A DNA stretch of 64,000 nt from Alphaproteobacteria bacterium (lineage in GTDB: Bacteria > Pseudomonadota > Alphaproteobacteria > GCA-2731375), in the NCBI GenBank assembly GCA_965232515.1, contig CBDDPY010000002.1, forward strand, positions 3,552,001 through 3,616,000, given 5' to 3'. Under the pieces are notes generated by a model. It saw only the letters and a list, made by a program, of their open reading frames with translations. It was not told the origin of the DNA and did no database searches. Shown here one piece after another: positions 8,713 through 18,314 of the stretch; position 1 is the first letter of the stretch, and each line of letters opens with the position of its first letter. Both the position numbers and the translations under genes were made by a program.

Positions 8713-9675
8713 ATGAGCAATGTCAGCGCCGTCGAGGACGTCACACGTCTCGACGCGACCAAGTTTCGTGATCCCGATACCACCGCCGACGGCCAGAAAC
8801 GTGCCTCCGTGGCTCTGAACGGGCTCAGAACCCTGTGGTTCAACACCGGCACGCTGTGCAACCTGACCTGCACCAACTGCTACATCGAATCCAGTCCGAC
8901 CAACGACCGCCTGTCCTATATCTCGGCCGCCGAAGTGGCGGCGCTGCTGGATGAGCTCGATCGCGACTGGCAGGCCGACGAGATCGGCTTCACCGGCGGC
9001 GAGCCGTTCATGAATCCCGAAATCATCCCCATGCTGGAGGATTCGCTCAGCCGCGGCTACGACGTCCTGGTCCTGACCAATGCGATGCGGCCGATGCTGA
9101 AGCTGAAGGCGCCGCTCTTGGACCTGAAGGAACGCTACGGCGACAAACTCTGCCTCCGCGTCTCCATCGACCATTATTCGAAGGAGCTGCACGAGGTCGA
9201 ACGCGGCGCGCATGCTTGGGATCGCATGATCGAAGGCCTGACCTGGTTGTCCGAGAACGGTTTCCACATCAACGCTGCCGGCCGGACATATTGGCCAGAG
9301 AGCGAGGATCGGCTGCGCGAGGGCTATGGCCGGACCTTCAAGGCGCACGGCATCCGTATCGACCATAACGACCCCGCCGCCATGGTGTTGTTTCCCGAAA
9401 TGGACGAGACCGTGGATGTGCCCGAGATCACCGAAGCCTGCTGGGGTATCCTCAACGTCAATCCCGACGACATGATGTGCGCCAGCCAGCGCATGGTGGT
9501 GAAGCGCAAGGGCGAGGACAAACCGAAGGTCGTGCCCTGCACGCTGCTGCCCTACGACACCGAGTTCGAGATGGGCACAACGCTGGCCGAGGCCGGCGGC
9601 GACGTAAAGCTCAACCATCCGCATTGCGCCAAGTTCTGCGTCCTGGGCGGCGGCTCCTGCAGCGTCGGCGACTGA
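8713..9675 (+). CDS. Radical SAM protein with Cys-rich C-terminus (ArsS-like clade)
   Basis: CNLTCTNC (CxxxCxxC), FTGGEP, C-terminal MC...VPC...HPHCAKFC...GSC. Confidence 0.88.
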   Translation: MSNVSAVEDVTRLDATKFRDPDTTADGQKRASVALNGLRTLWFNTGTLCNLTCTNCYIESSPTNDRLSYISAAEVAALLDELDRDWQADEIGFTGGEPFMNPEIIPMLEDSLSRGYDVLVLTNAMRPMLKLKAPLLDLKERYGDKLCLRVSIDHYSKELHEVERGAHAWDRMIEGLTWLSENGFHINAAGRTYWPESEDRLREGYGRTFKAHGIRIDHNDPAAMVLFPEMDETVDVPEITEACWGILNVNPDDMMCASQRMVVKRKGEDKPKVVPCTLLPYDTEFEMGTTLAEAGGDVKLNHPHCAKFCVLGGGSCSVGD

Positions 9676-9685
9676 CGGCGCACCC

Positions 9686-10576
9686 ATGACCGTCAGAATC
9701 GAGCAGGGCCACCGGATCGGTGACCTGGGCGAGCTGGCTGGGCCCGTCCTGGTGTTCGGCGGTCCCTACAGCAACTTTGAAGCGACCGTCGCCGTGCTGG
9801 CGGAGGCCGGGCGCCTCGGCGTGCCGATGGATCAGGTGATCTGCACCGGCGACGTCGTCGCTTATTGCAGCGATCCGCAGGCCACGGTCGACGCCATTCG
9901 CGCCGCCGGCGTGCATGTCGTCATGGGCAATTGCGAGGAGAGCCTGGGCCAGGGCGCTGAGGATTGCGGCTGCGGCTTCGAGGAAGGCAGCGACTGCGAC
10001 CTGCTGTCGGTGCAATGGTACGCCTATGCCGACGCGCATCTGAGCATGGACGCGCGGCGCTGGATGAACGGGCTGCCGCACCGCCTGCGCTTCCGCCTGA
10101 ACGGCCGCCAGTTCACGGTCGTGCACGGCGCCGCGTCCAGCATCAACCGCTTCGTCTTCGCGTCCGACCCGGCCACGGTCAAGCTGGCCGAGCTGGCGCT
10201 CTGCGGCGGCGACGCCGTGATCGGCGGCCATTGCGGTCTGCCGTTCAGCCAGGTCGTCGACGGCAAACTGTGGCACAACGCCGGCGTCGTCGGCATGCCG
10301 GCGAACGACGGCCGCACCCAGGTCTGGTACAGCCTGCTGCGGCCGGCCGGCGACGGTATCGAGATCCAGCACCGGCAGTTGGCCTACGACCACATGTCGG
10401 CGGCGCGGAAGATGCGCGCGCGCGGCCTACCGGCCGGCTATGCCGACAGCCTCGAGACCGGCTTCTGGCCAAACCTCGACATTCTGCCGCCGGCCGAGAC
10501 GGCGGCGAGCGGCCGGCCGCTGCACCTGCCAACCGTGCAATGGCTGCCCGACCGGGCTAACGCGGCCGTGTCGTAA
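9686..10576 (+). CDS. Metallophosphoesterase family protein
   Basis: GGPYSN, GDVVAY, MGNCE, VVHG, GGHCG, HNAG calcineurin-like motifs; extra CGCG...C cluster. Confidence 0.85.
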   Translation: MTVRIEQGHRIGDLGELAGPVLVFGGPYSNFEATVAVLAEAGRLGVPMDQVICTGDVVAYCSDPQATVDAIRAAGVHVVMGNCEESLGQGAEDCGCGFEEGSDCDLLSVQWYAYADAHLSMDARRWMNGLPHRLRFRLNGRQFTVVHGAASSINRFVFASDPATVKLAELALCGGDAVIGGHCGLPFSQVVDGKLWHNAGVVGMPANDGRTQVWYSLLRPAGDGIEIQHRQLAYDHMSAARKMRARGLPAGYADSLETGFWPNLDILPPAETAASGRPLHLPTVQWLPDRANAAVS

Positions 10577-10620
10577 TCGCCGCTTCACGGGCACGGCGGA
10601 TTGCCCGTAACATCGGGTCC

Positions 10621-11823
10621 ATGTCTTACGATCGACCGTTTGCCGGCTTGCGCGTGCTGGACATGAGCCAGGGCGTCGCCGGTCCCTATTGCGGCATGTT
10701 GCTGGCGCAATGGGGCGCCGAGGTGGTCAAGCTGGAGCCGCCGGAGGGTGATTGGGCCCGCCAGCTCGGCACCCGCCATGGCGACCATTCCGCCACCGAG
10801 CTCACCCACAATCGCGGCAAAAAGAGCATTGTCGTCGACCTGAAGTCGCCCGACGGTCTGGCCGTTGCGCGGCGTCTGGCGGCCCGCGCCGACGTGCTGA
10901 TCGAAAGCTCGCGCCCCGGCGTCGCCGCCCGCCTCGGCATCGGCTATGACGATGTCAGCCGCGACAATCCCGGCGTCATCTATCTGTCGGTCAGCGGCTA
11001 TGGCCAGACCGGACCGTATGCCGACCGACCGTGCACCGATACCGTCGGCCAGGCCTTTTCCGGCCTGATGTCGGCGAACCGGGGCAACGACGGCGAGCCG
11101 CACAGGGTCGGCCTGATCATCATCGACGAGATCACCGCGCTCTACGCGTTCCAGGCCGTCTCGGCCGCGCTCTATGCCCGCCGCGACGTCGGCCACGGCC
11201 GCTTCATCGATGTCAACCTGATGCAGGCCGCGGCCGCACTGCAGGCCTCGAAAATCGTCGAGCACCATCTGGAGGGCGGCGAGGCGCGACCACTGAACGC
11301 GCCGGCCGGCAGCTATCGCACCAAGGACGGCTGGATCGCGGTGACGCTGGTGCGGGAATCCCATTTCCGCGATCTCTGCGCCGCCATGGATCGCGCCGAC
11401 CTGGCCGACGATCCCCGTTTCGTCAGCTTTCAGAGCCGGGCCGAGCATATCGATGCACTGGCGCCGATCGTTCGCGATATCCTGGCCCAGGACACGACCG
11501 ACGGCTGGCTCGCCCGTCTGGGCGCCGCCGGCGTGCTCTGCAACCGGATCAACGACTACGGCGACTGGCTCACCGACGATCACGTCGCGGCCGTCGGAGC
11601 GGCGCCCATGCGGCACCAGCCGGGGCTCGGCGTCCTGCCGATGCCGCGTCTGCCGGGCGCGCTCGACCAGGACGACGACGATGGCCGACATCGCGCGCCG
11701 GCGCTGGGCGGCGACGGACGCGCTGTTCTGGCCGATCTCGGCTATGCCGAGGCGGAGATATTGGCGCTCGCCGAGGGCGGCGCCGTTCGCCTGCGCGATC
11801 CGGTGGGGAAGGCCGCGGAATGA
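10621..11823 (+). CDS. CoA-transferase family III (CaiB/BaiF)
   Basis: LRVLDMSQGVAGPYC, GAEVVKLEPPEGD, NRGKKS, catalytic Asp in IIDEIT. Confidence 0.92.
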   Translation: MSYDRPFAGLRVLDMSQGVAGPYCGMLLAQWGAEVVKLEPPEGDWARQLGTRHGDHSATELTHNRGKKSIVVDLKSPDGLAVARRLAARADVLIESSRPGVAARLGIGYDDVSRDNPGVIYLSVSGYGQTGPYADRPCTDTVGQAFSGLMSANRGNDGEPHRVGLIIIDEITALYAFQAVSAALYARRDVGHGRFIDVNLMQAAAALQASKIVEHHLEGGEARPLNAPAGSYRTKDGWIAVTLVRESHFRDLCAAMDRADLADDPRFVSFQSRAEHIDALAPIVRDILAQDTTDGWLARLGAAGVLCNRINDYGDWLTDDHVAAVGAAPMRHQPGLGVLPMPRLPGALDQDDDDGRHRAPALGGDGRAVLADLGYAEAEILALAEGGAVRLRDPVGKAAE

Positions 11824-12308
11824 GCGACAAACCGTTTTCGCCGGCCGATCATAAATTCGCCGAGCCGAAGTATTTCGAGGACCTGCAGGTCGGCGAGCAG
11901 TTCTACATCCCCTCGCGGACGCTGGGCGAGGCCAACTTCGCGGCCTTCCAGACCGCGTCCGGCGACAACCATCCGATCCACTATGACGTGGAATACTGCC
12001 GCGCCCGCGGCCATCGGGACCTGCTGGCGCACGGTTTCCAGGTGCTGATCCAGACCGCCGCCGGCGCCGGCATCTTTCCGCACGTGATCGGCGATGCCCT
12101 GATTGGTTTCATCGAGCAGTCCAGCCGGTTCCTGAAGCCGGTCTATGCCGGCGATACGGTCTATCCGATGCTGACGATCACCGACCTGAAAGCGCAGCGC
12201 AGCACCGGCGTCGTCACGGTGGCGTCCACCGTGCACAACCAGAGCGGCGAGCTGGTGCTGGAGGGCGAGCAGAAGTACCTGATCCGGCGACGGCAACCTG
12301 CTGCGTAA
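11820..12308 (+). CDS. MaoC family (hotdog) dehydratase
   Basis: YFEDLQVG, SGDNHPIHYD, AHG, FLKPVYAGDT; ATGA overlap with the upstream gene. Confidence 0.9.
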   Translation: MSDKPFSPADHKFAEPKYFEDLQVGEQFYIPSRTLGEANFAAFQTASGDNHPIHYDVEYCRARGHRDLLAHGFQVLIQTAAGAGIFPHVIGDALIGFIEQSSRFLKPVYAGDTVYPMLTITDLKAQRSTGVVTVASTVHNQSGELVLEGEQKYLIRRRQPAA

Positions 12309-12443
12309 GCCTTTCAGTTAACCGCGTCCCGATTCGGCCGCAATTTCTTCGCCAAAGGGTCACAATCCCGGCACGGAAGCGCCAACTTCCACGGTTACGA
12401 CCTCGTCTCGACACGCCAAATGGCTGCAAGGAGAGACGGGGCG

Positions 12444-13319
12444 ATGCGGGAAGTCATCACAAGATACGGCGCGATTGCCACACTGGTGGTCGCGACGGCC
12501 GGGTGCACCACCTGGGATATGGAAGAGCTACAGGCGACGGCGCCGGCGGGCGACCGGTTTCAACAGGCGCTGGCAGGCGAATATCTGGCCTTCGCCCAGT
12601 CCGAGGCCGCCCAGTACGACTGGGTCGATTCGCAGCATTTCGCCCGCAAGGGCCTGATCGCGGCCAAGGCCGGCGAGACGGCCCCGGAGGCGCCCGACGG
12701 CTGGCGGCTGCCGCGCGAGACCGTTGCTGCCATCGGCGACGCCCGGCAGCGGCTGCTGGCGGCCTTCGCGGCCGACGCGCGGCGGCAGGAACCCAAATTG
12801 GCCGCTCGGGCGCAATTGCATTACGACTGCTGGCTGGAGCAGCAGGAAGAGAACTGGCAGACCGATCACATCGCCGCCTGCCGCGACGGTCTCGCCGCCG
12901 ACCTCGACCGGCTGGAGCGGTCGCTGAAGCTGACCGCACTGCCGGCCGGCCCGAACCCGACGGCCTTCCCGGCCGCTCTCACCTACATGGAAGACGTCTA
13001 CGTGCTGCGCTTCGCCCATGACCGCGCCGAGATCGGCCCGGCCGGACAGGCCATTCTGAAACAGATCTTGAGCGATCTGCGCGCCGATCCCGATGCCCGC
13101 ATCGCGGTGCACGGCCACGCCGACCGGTCGGGGCGAGCCGACTACAACCTGTCGCTGTCCGGCCAGCGCGCTCAGGCCGTGGTCGACGCGCTGACGGCGG
13201 CCGGCATTCCGGAGGACGCGATCGAAATGCGTATGCATGGCGAAACCAACCCGGCCGTGGCGACGCCCGACGGTACGCGCGAGCCGCAGAATCGGCGGGT
13301 TGAGGTCTTCGTACAGTAA
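12444..13319 (+). CDS. OmpA-family lipoprotein
   Basis: Lipobox TAGC; C-terminal OmpA-C domain (F..D, GHADRSG, YNLSLSGQRA, NRRVEV). Confidence 0.88.
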   Translation: MREVITRYGAIATLVVATAGCTTWDMEELQATAPAGDRFQQALAGEYLAFAQSEAAQYDWVDSQHFARKGLIAAKAGETAPEAPDGWRLPRETVAAIGDARQRLLAAFAADARRQEPKLAARAQLHYDCWLEQQEENWQTDHIAACRDGLAADLDRLERSLKLTALPAGPNPTAFPAALTYMEDVYVLRFAHDRAEIGPAGQAILKQILSDLRADPDARIAVHGHADRSGRADYNLSLSGQRAQAVVDALTAAGIPEDAIEMRMHGETNPAVATPDGTREPQNRRVEVFVQ

Positions 13320-13437
13320 GCGCTGCCGCCGTTCCGGCGGCCCGCCCCGGCTCTGGACAACCGCCCATGGTGGCGCAATATTGGCGGCATCAGCGGTAAC
13401 CATCGCCCATCCGGGCGTCGCCATTCGGGAGGCCGGG

Positions 13438-13830
13438 ATGTACGCGGAAACAACGTACGACATCCAAGTCCAGGTTCAGCCGACCTTTCTTGAGGACCAG
13501 TCGTCATCGGACGAGAACTACTACGTCTGGGCCTATAAGGTGCGGATCGAGAATCAGGGCTCGCGGACCGTGCAGCTGTTGAACCGCTACTGGCGGATTA
13601 CCGATTCCATGGGCCGCGTGCAGGAAGTGCGCGGCCCCGGCGTCGTCGGCGAGCAGCCGGTGCTGAAACCCGGCGACGTGTTCGAGTATTCCAGCGGCAC
13701 GCCGCTGAACACCACCTCCGGCATCATGGTCGGCAGCTACGAGATGAGCACGTCGGAGGGCGAGCGGATCGAGATCGCGATTCCGGCCTTCTCGCTCGAC
13801 ATACCCGACGAACCGCGGCAGTTGAACTGA
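13438..13830 (+). CDS. apaG: ApaG (Co2+/Mg2+ efflux protein)
   Basis: VQLLNRYWRITD, GPGVVGEQP, FEYSSGTPL, IPAFSLD. Confidence 0.95.
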   Translation: MYAETTYDIQVQVQPTFLEDQSSSDENYYVWAYKVRIENQGSRTVQLLNRYWRITDSMGRVQEVRGPGVVGEQPVLKPGDVFEYSSGTPLNTTSGIMVGSYEMSTSEGERIEIAIPAFSLDIPDEPRQLN

Positions 13831-13882
13831 TCCGGCCGCCGCGCCGCGCCGCCGAATCGTCGCGAACGACGCGTCCGCCGAC

Positions 13883-15331
13883 GTGAGCAATTTCCGCCCA
13901 ATCCTTCTCGTCATTGGATTGATGCTCACCACCCTTGGTCTGGCCATGCTGGTGCCGGTGCTGCTGGACCTGGTTGTCGAAAATCCGGACTGGCAGGTTT
14001 TCCTGGCGGCGGCGTCGGTGACGCTGTTCGTCGGCACCAGCCTGGTTCTGGTCAGCCGCGGTATCGACGGCCGGCTGCGGCTGCATCAGGCCTTTCTGCT
14101 GACGACGCTCACCTGGGTCGTTTTGCCGGCTTTCGCGGCGCTGCCGTTCGCGTTTTCCGAGTTGAATCTGAGCTATACCGACGCCTTCTTCGAGGCTATG
14201 TCCGGTCTGACCACGACTGGCTCGACCGTGATCACCGGCCTCGACCTGGCGCCGCCCGGCATTCTGATCTGGCGCTCGCTGCTGCAGTGGATGGGCGGCA
14301 TCGGCATCATCGTCACGGCGGTGGCGATCCTGCCGATGCTGCGGGTGGGCGGCATGCAGCTGTTCCGCATGGAATCCTCGGACCGGTCGGAAAAGGTCTT
14401 GCCGCGCGCGGCCCAGATCTCCGCCGTGATCAGCGTCATTTACCTGGGCCTGACGGTGATCTGCGCCGCCGCCTACTGGGGCGCTGGCATGACCGGCTTC
14501 GAGGCGGTGGCGCACGCGATGACGACGATCGCGACCGGCGGCTTCTCGACCTCGGACGCGTCCGTCGGCCATTTCCGCAGCGCCTCGATCGATTACATCG
14601 CCACGCTGTTCATGATCGTCGGCAGCCTGCCGTTCCTGCTCTACTTTCAGGCGCTGCGCGGCCACCCCCTGCTGCTGTGGCGCGACAGTCAGGTCCGTTG
14701 GTTCGTCGCAATCCTGGCGGTCGTCATCGCCGCGCTGGCCAGCTGGCAGATCTTCGGCAACGACGTCCAGGTGGCCGACGCCGTGCGCTACACGTCCTTC
14801 AACGTGGTCTCGATCCTGACCGGAACAGGCTACGCCACCACCGACTACATGCAGTGGGGGCCGTTCGCCGTCACCGCCTTCTTTTTCATCATGTTCATCG
14901 GCGGCTGCGCCGGGTCGACCTCGTGCGGCATCAAAATCTTCCGCTTTCAGGTGCTCTATGCGGCGGCAAGCACGCAGATGGGCCGATTACTGCAACCGCA
15001 CGGCGTGTTCGTCGCCCAGTTCAACCGCCGGCCGATCCCGGAATCGGTCATGGATTCGGTGATGAGCTTCTTTTTCCTGTTCGCGCTGGTTTTCGGCGTG
15101 CTGGCCGTGCTGCTGACGATGCTGGGGCTGGACACGATGACCGCGATCTCCGCCGCCGCGTCAGCGCTCGCCAACGTCGGCCCCGGACTGGGTGAGATCA
15201 TCGGGCCCGCCGGCCACTATGCGCCGCTGTCGGACCCGGCGAAGTGGCTGCTGTCGGCCGCCATGCTGTTGGGCCGGCTGGAGCTGTTCACGGTGCTGGT
15301 GCTGTTCACCCGGGCATTCTGGGAAGCGTAA
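13883..15331 (+). CDS. trkH: TrkH potassium uptake protein
   Basis: FFEAMSGLTTTGST, QWMGGIG, TGGFS, GGCAGSTSCGIK, LANVGPG, LLGRLE. Confidence 0.95.
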   Translation: MSNFRPILLVIGLMLTTLGLAMLVPVLLDLVVENPDWQVFLAAASVTLFVGTSLVLVSRGIDGRLRLHQAFLLTTLTWVVLPAFAALPFAFSELNLSYTDAFFEAMSGLTTTGSTVITGLDLAPPGILIWRSLLQWMGGIGIIVTAVAILPMLRVGGMQLFRMESSDRSEKVLPRAAQISAVISVIYLGLTVICAAAYWGAGMTGFEAVAHAMTTIATGGFSTSDASVGHFRSASIDYIATLFMIVGSLPFLLYFQALRGHPLLLWRDSQVRWFVAILAVVIAALASWQIFGNDVQVADAVRYTSFNVVSILTGTGYATTDYMQWGPFAVTAFFFIMFIGGCAGSTSCGIKIFRFQVLYAAASTQMGRLLQPHGVFVAQFNRRPIPESVMDSVMSFFFLFALVFGVLAVLLTMLGLDTMTAISAAASALANVGPGLGEIIGPAGHYAPLSDPAKWLLSAAMLLGRLELFTVLVLFTRAFWEA

Positions 15332-15401
15332 GCGCGACTGGACCCGGAGTGTCGGCGCCGGTATCGTTCGCCGCTTGGTTTCCCCACCGCCGGAGTACGC
15401 C

Positions 15402-16565
15402 ATGGCCGCCAGCTACAGTCCGCGTGAAATGATCGAGAAACTGGTGTCGTTCGACACCACCAGCCGGGACTCGAACCTGGGGCTGATCCATTTCGTGCGC
15501 GACTATCTGGCCGAACACGGCATTGAATCCGCGCTGATCCACGACGAGACTGGCGAGAAGGCGAACCTGTTCGCCACAATCGGCCCGGAGATCGACGGCG
15601 GCGTCGTACTCTCCGGCCATACGGACGTCGTGCCGGTCGACGGCCAGGACTGGCACAGCGATCCGTTCGACATTGTCGAGCGCGACGGCCGGCTCTACGG
15701 CCGCGGCACCTGCGACATGAAGAGCTTCATCGCCATCGCCCTTGCGCTGCTGCCGGAATTCCAGGCCCGCAACCTGACCTCGCCCATCCATTTCGCGTTT
15801 TCCTATGACGAGGAGGTGGGCTGCCTCGGCGTCGACGGCATCATCCGGCATATCGACGGCCTGACCACGCGGCCGCGCGCCGTCATCGTCGGCGAGCCGA
15901 CCGACATGACGGTCGTGAACGCGCACAAGAGCTGCTACGGCATGGAGACCGTGCTGAGCGGCCTGGAAGCGCATTCCAGCGCCACGCAGAGCGGCGTCAA
16001 CACGATCTTCTACGCGGCCGAGCTGATCGGCTTCATCCAGGGACTGGCCGAGGAGATGAAAACCAAGGCCGATCCGGAAAGCCGCTTCGATCCGCCCTAC
16101 ACCACCGTGCATGTCGGCACCATCCGCGGCGGCACCGCCCTCAATATCATTCCCAAGGAGACCAAGTTCGTCTGGGAGTATCGCGCCGTCCCGGCGGACG
16201 ACGGCCCGGAGATCCGCGAGCGGGTCGAGGCCTTCGCCCGCGAACAGCTGCTGCCGAAGATGCGCGCGGTCTATCCCGAGGCCGATATCACCACGCGCGT
16301 GCGTTCGTCGATCAAGGGCCTGGCGCCGCAGAACGGCTCGCCGGCCGAAAGCCTGGTGATGGCGCTCGCCGGCACCAACCAGACCTTTGCCGTCTCCTAC
16401 GGCACCGAGGCCGGCGCCTTCCAGCATGCCGGCGTGCCGACGGTGATCTGCGGCCCGGGCAACATCGCACAGGCGCACAAGCCCGACGAGTTTATCGAGC
16501 AAAGCCAGGTCGATGCCTGCATCGCCTTCATGCGACGGCTCGGCGAGCACCTAAGCAAAGGCTGA
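15402..16565 (+). CDS. argE: Acetylornithine deacetylase
   Basis: LSGHTDVVP, GRGTCDMK, DEEVGC, VGEPT, YGTEAG, AHKPDEF. Confidence 0.93.
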   Translation: MAASYSPREMIEKLVSFDTTSRDSNLGLIHFVRDYLAEHGIESALIHDETGEKANLFATIGPEIDGGVVLSGHTDVVPVDGQDWHSDPFDIVERDGRLYGRGTCDMKSFIAIALALLPEFQARNLTSPIHFAFSYDEEVGCLGVDGIIRHIDGLTTRPRAVIVGEPTDMTVVNAHKSCYGMETVLSGLEAHSSATQSGVNTIFYAAELIGFIQGLAEEMKTKADPESRFDPPYTTVHVGTIRGGTALNIIPKETKFVWEYRAVPADDGPEIRERVEAFAREQLLPKMRAVYPEADITTRVRSSIKGLAPQNGSPAESLVMALAGTNQTFAVSYGTEAGAFQHAGVPTVICGPGNIAQAHKPDEFIEQSQVDACIAFMRRLGEHLSKG

Positions 16566-16576
16566 TGCGCAAAGCC

Positions 16577-16666
16577 CTGGATTGCCTGGTCAGGCCCGGC
16601 AATGACGAATTGTACAAAACGTCAGTACCTTAGTCGTCATGCCCGTGCTTGACACGGACATCCAGC
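16577..16666. repeat. REP-doublet (RIME-like) palindromic element, copy 1
   Basis: CTGGATTGCCTGGTCAGGCCCGGCAATGACG...CGTCATGCCCGTGCTTGACACGGACATCCAGC; reverse complement closely matches 50857..50945. Confidence 0.85.
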
Positions 16667-16678
16667 AGCGTCCGCCGC

Positions 16679-17278
16679 TCAGTTCACCAGGAACCCGCGC
16701 AGGTTGTCGGTGATCTCTTTTTCCATGGCGCGGTCGAAATCCTGCACCAGGCCTTCGGTCAGTTCGAAGAAGGTTTTGTCGCGCTCGTTCAGCGTCGCGT
16801 CTTCCGGCACGGTGCGGCTGCGCGCCGCCGACGCGGCGGCGAACCCGCTGCCGAGGCCGCCGGCGTTGCTGACTTCGAGCCGCACGGTCATCCGGGCGAC
16901 GTAGCGTTCGGACTGCTGGGTGGTGAAGACGCCGCGGATGCCGCCCTGCGTGGGCAGCTTTTCCTCAATTGCGCTGGCGTCCTGGATGATCACAGTCGCC
17001 ACGCCGTTGCTGCCGGCCGCCATCAACCGGTCGTCGATCCAGCGGCGCGCCGCGTCCGAGGGCTTCAGTGGAAACTGGTGTTCCACGTTCGGCGCCTGCA
17101 ACGGCGGCACATAGGTCTGCTGGATGTCGATCGCCGCCACGTCGAGCTTCAGTTTCGGCAGATGACGGAACGAGACCTCCGGGTAGACCGGCGTCGGCGA
17201 TGGCGTTTCGCAGGCTGCCAGCAGGAAAGCGACGGCGGCGAAAACGGCGATGGGAAACGTCTTGATCGACACGCGCAT
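16679..17278 (-). CDS. Hypothetical lipoprotein
   Basis: Lipobox LLAAC after a signal peptide; downstream of hslO on the same strand. Confidence 0.75.
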   Translation of the reverse strand: MRVSIKTFPIAVFAAVAFLLAACETPSPTPVYPEVSFRHLPKLKLDVAAIDIQQTYVPPLQAPNVEHQFPLKPSDAARRWIDDRLMAAGSNGVATVIIQDASAIEEKLPTQGGIRGVFTTQQSERYVARMTVRLEVSNAGGLGSGFAAASAARSRTVPEDATLNERDKTFFELTEGLVQDFDRAMEKEITDNLRGFLVN

Positions 17279-17334
17279 GACCGGATTAGTTGTTGCTGTT
17301 GCGCGGTCAGCGATATCCGCGTATTGCGGCAAAA

Positions 17335-18258
17335 TCAAGACCGCAGGCGGGCGAGATAGTCATCGGGCTGGAATTCATAGAACGAATTGCAGAACTCGCA
17401 GGTGACGTCCAGGCGGCCGTCGACGATCAGGTCTTCAAGCGCCGCGTCCGAGAGGGAGCGCAACACCCGATCGGCGCGCTGGCGCGAGCAGGTGCAGCCG
17501 AAGCTGAGCGGCACCGGTTCGAACACGCGCACGCCATCTTCGTGATAAAGGCGGTAGAGCAGCTGGTCCGGCGTGACGTCGGATGACAGCAGCTCGTCCG
17601 ACTGCGCTGTCGCCAGCAGGGTGACGGCCCGCCGCCAGTCGTCCTCGGTGTCTTCGGGGCGCGCTTCGGCGCCGCGCGCCAGCAACGCCGGATCGCCTTC
17701 CGGCAGCCGTTGGATCATCACGCCGCCGGCGCGCCAGGCTCCCTTCGGATCCGGCGCGGCGGCCAGCCGGATCGCGGAATCGATCTGCTCGGATTCGCGG
17801 AAATAGTGGTGCGCGCAGTCGGCGAGCGTCGCGCCCTCCATGCCGACGATGCCCTGGTAGCGTTCGGTGTCGTCGCCCTGATCCACCGTGAAGGCCAGAT
17901 AGCCGCCGCCCAGCAGGCGCGGCACGGTGGCGCTGCCCGTCTCGTGCAGGTCGAGCTCGGCAAGCCGGTCGGCGTCATAGCTCAGGTAACCGCGCATACG
18001 GCCCGGCGAAAAATAGTCCGCCAGCAGCATCGACACCGGCCCGTCGCCGCGGGCTTGCAGCGAGAACGCGCCGTCGAACTTGAGCGCGCCGGCCAGCAGC
18101 GCTGTCAGCGCCAGCGCCTCGCCCAACAACTCCGACAGCACCGGCGGATAGCCGTGCCGTCGGATGATCTCGTCGGCCGTCGGCCCCAGCCGCACCAGTC
18201 GTCCGCGCAGGCCGCCGCCTTCGATCTGAAACGGCCGGATCAGATCGTCATCTGTCAT
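17335..18258 (-). CDS. hslO: Hsp33 redox-regulated chaperone
   Basis: RGRLVRLG, RYQGIV, YFRESEQ, C-terminal CTCS...CEFC zinc motif. Confidence 0.95.
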   Translation of the reverse strand: MTDDDLIRPFQIEGGGLRGRLVRLGPTADEIIRRHGYPPVLSELLGEALALTALLAGALKFDGAFSLQARGDGPVSMLLADYFSPGRMRGYLSYDADRLAELDLHETGSATVPRLLGGGYLAFTVDQGDDTERYQGIVGMEGATLADCAHHYFRESEQIDSAIRLAAAPDPKGAWRAGGVMIQRLPEGDPALLARGAEARPEDTEDDWRRAVTLLATAQSDELLSSDVTPDQLLYRLYHEDGVRVFEPVPLSFGCTCSRQRADRVLRSLSDAALEDLIVDGRLDVTCEFCNSFYEFQPDDYLARLRS

Positions 18259-18314
18259 CTCTGGCGCCAAATGCTGTTCGGTGGCCTTGTGCCCCGTTCC
18301 CGTCCGCGCCGCGA

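Noticed and set aside
9600-9700. Selenocysteine readthrough at the radical SAM TGA
   Set aside because: The C-terminal Cys motif is already complete before the stop, and the next gene starts 10 bp later
11031-12308. Apparent long fusions in the ORF track (11031..12308, 17335..18828, 18315..19778, 21368..22714, 36738..38141, 51219..52739, 53367..55025)
   Set aside because: The N-terminal extensions are Arg/Gly-rich off-frame overlaps of neighbouring genes; true starts are internal, typically with an RBS or stop/start overlap
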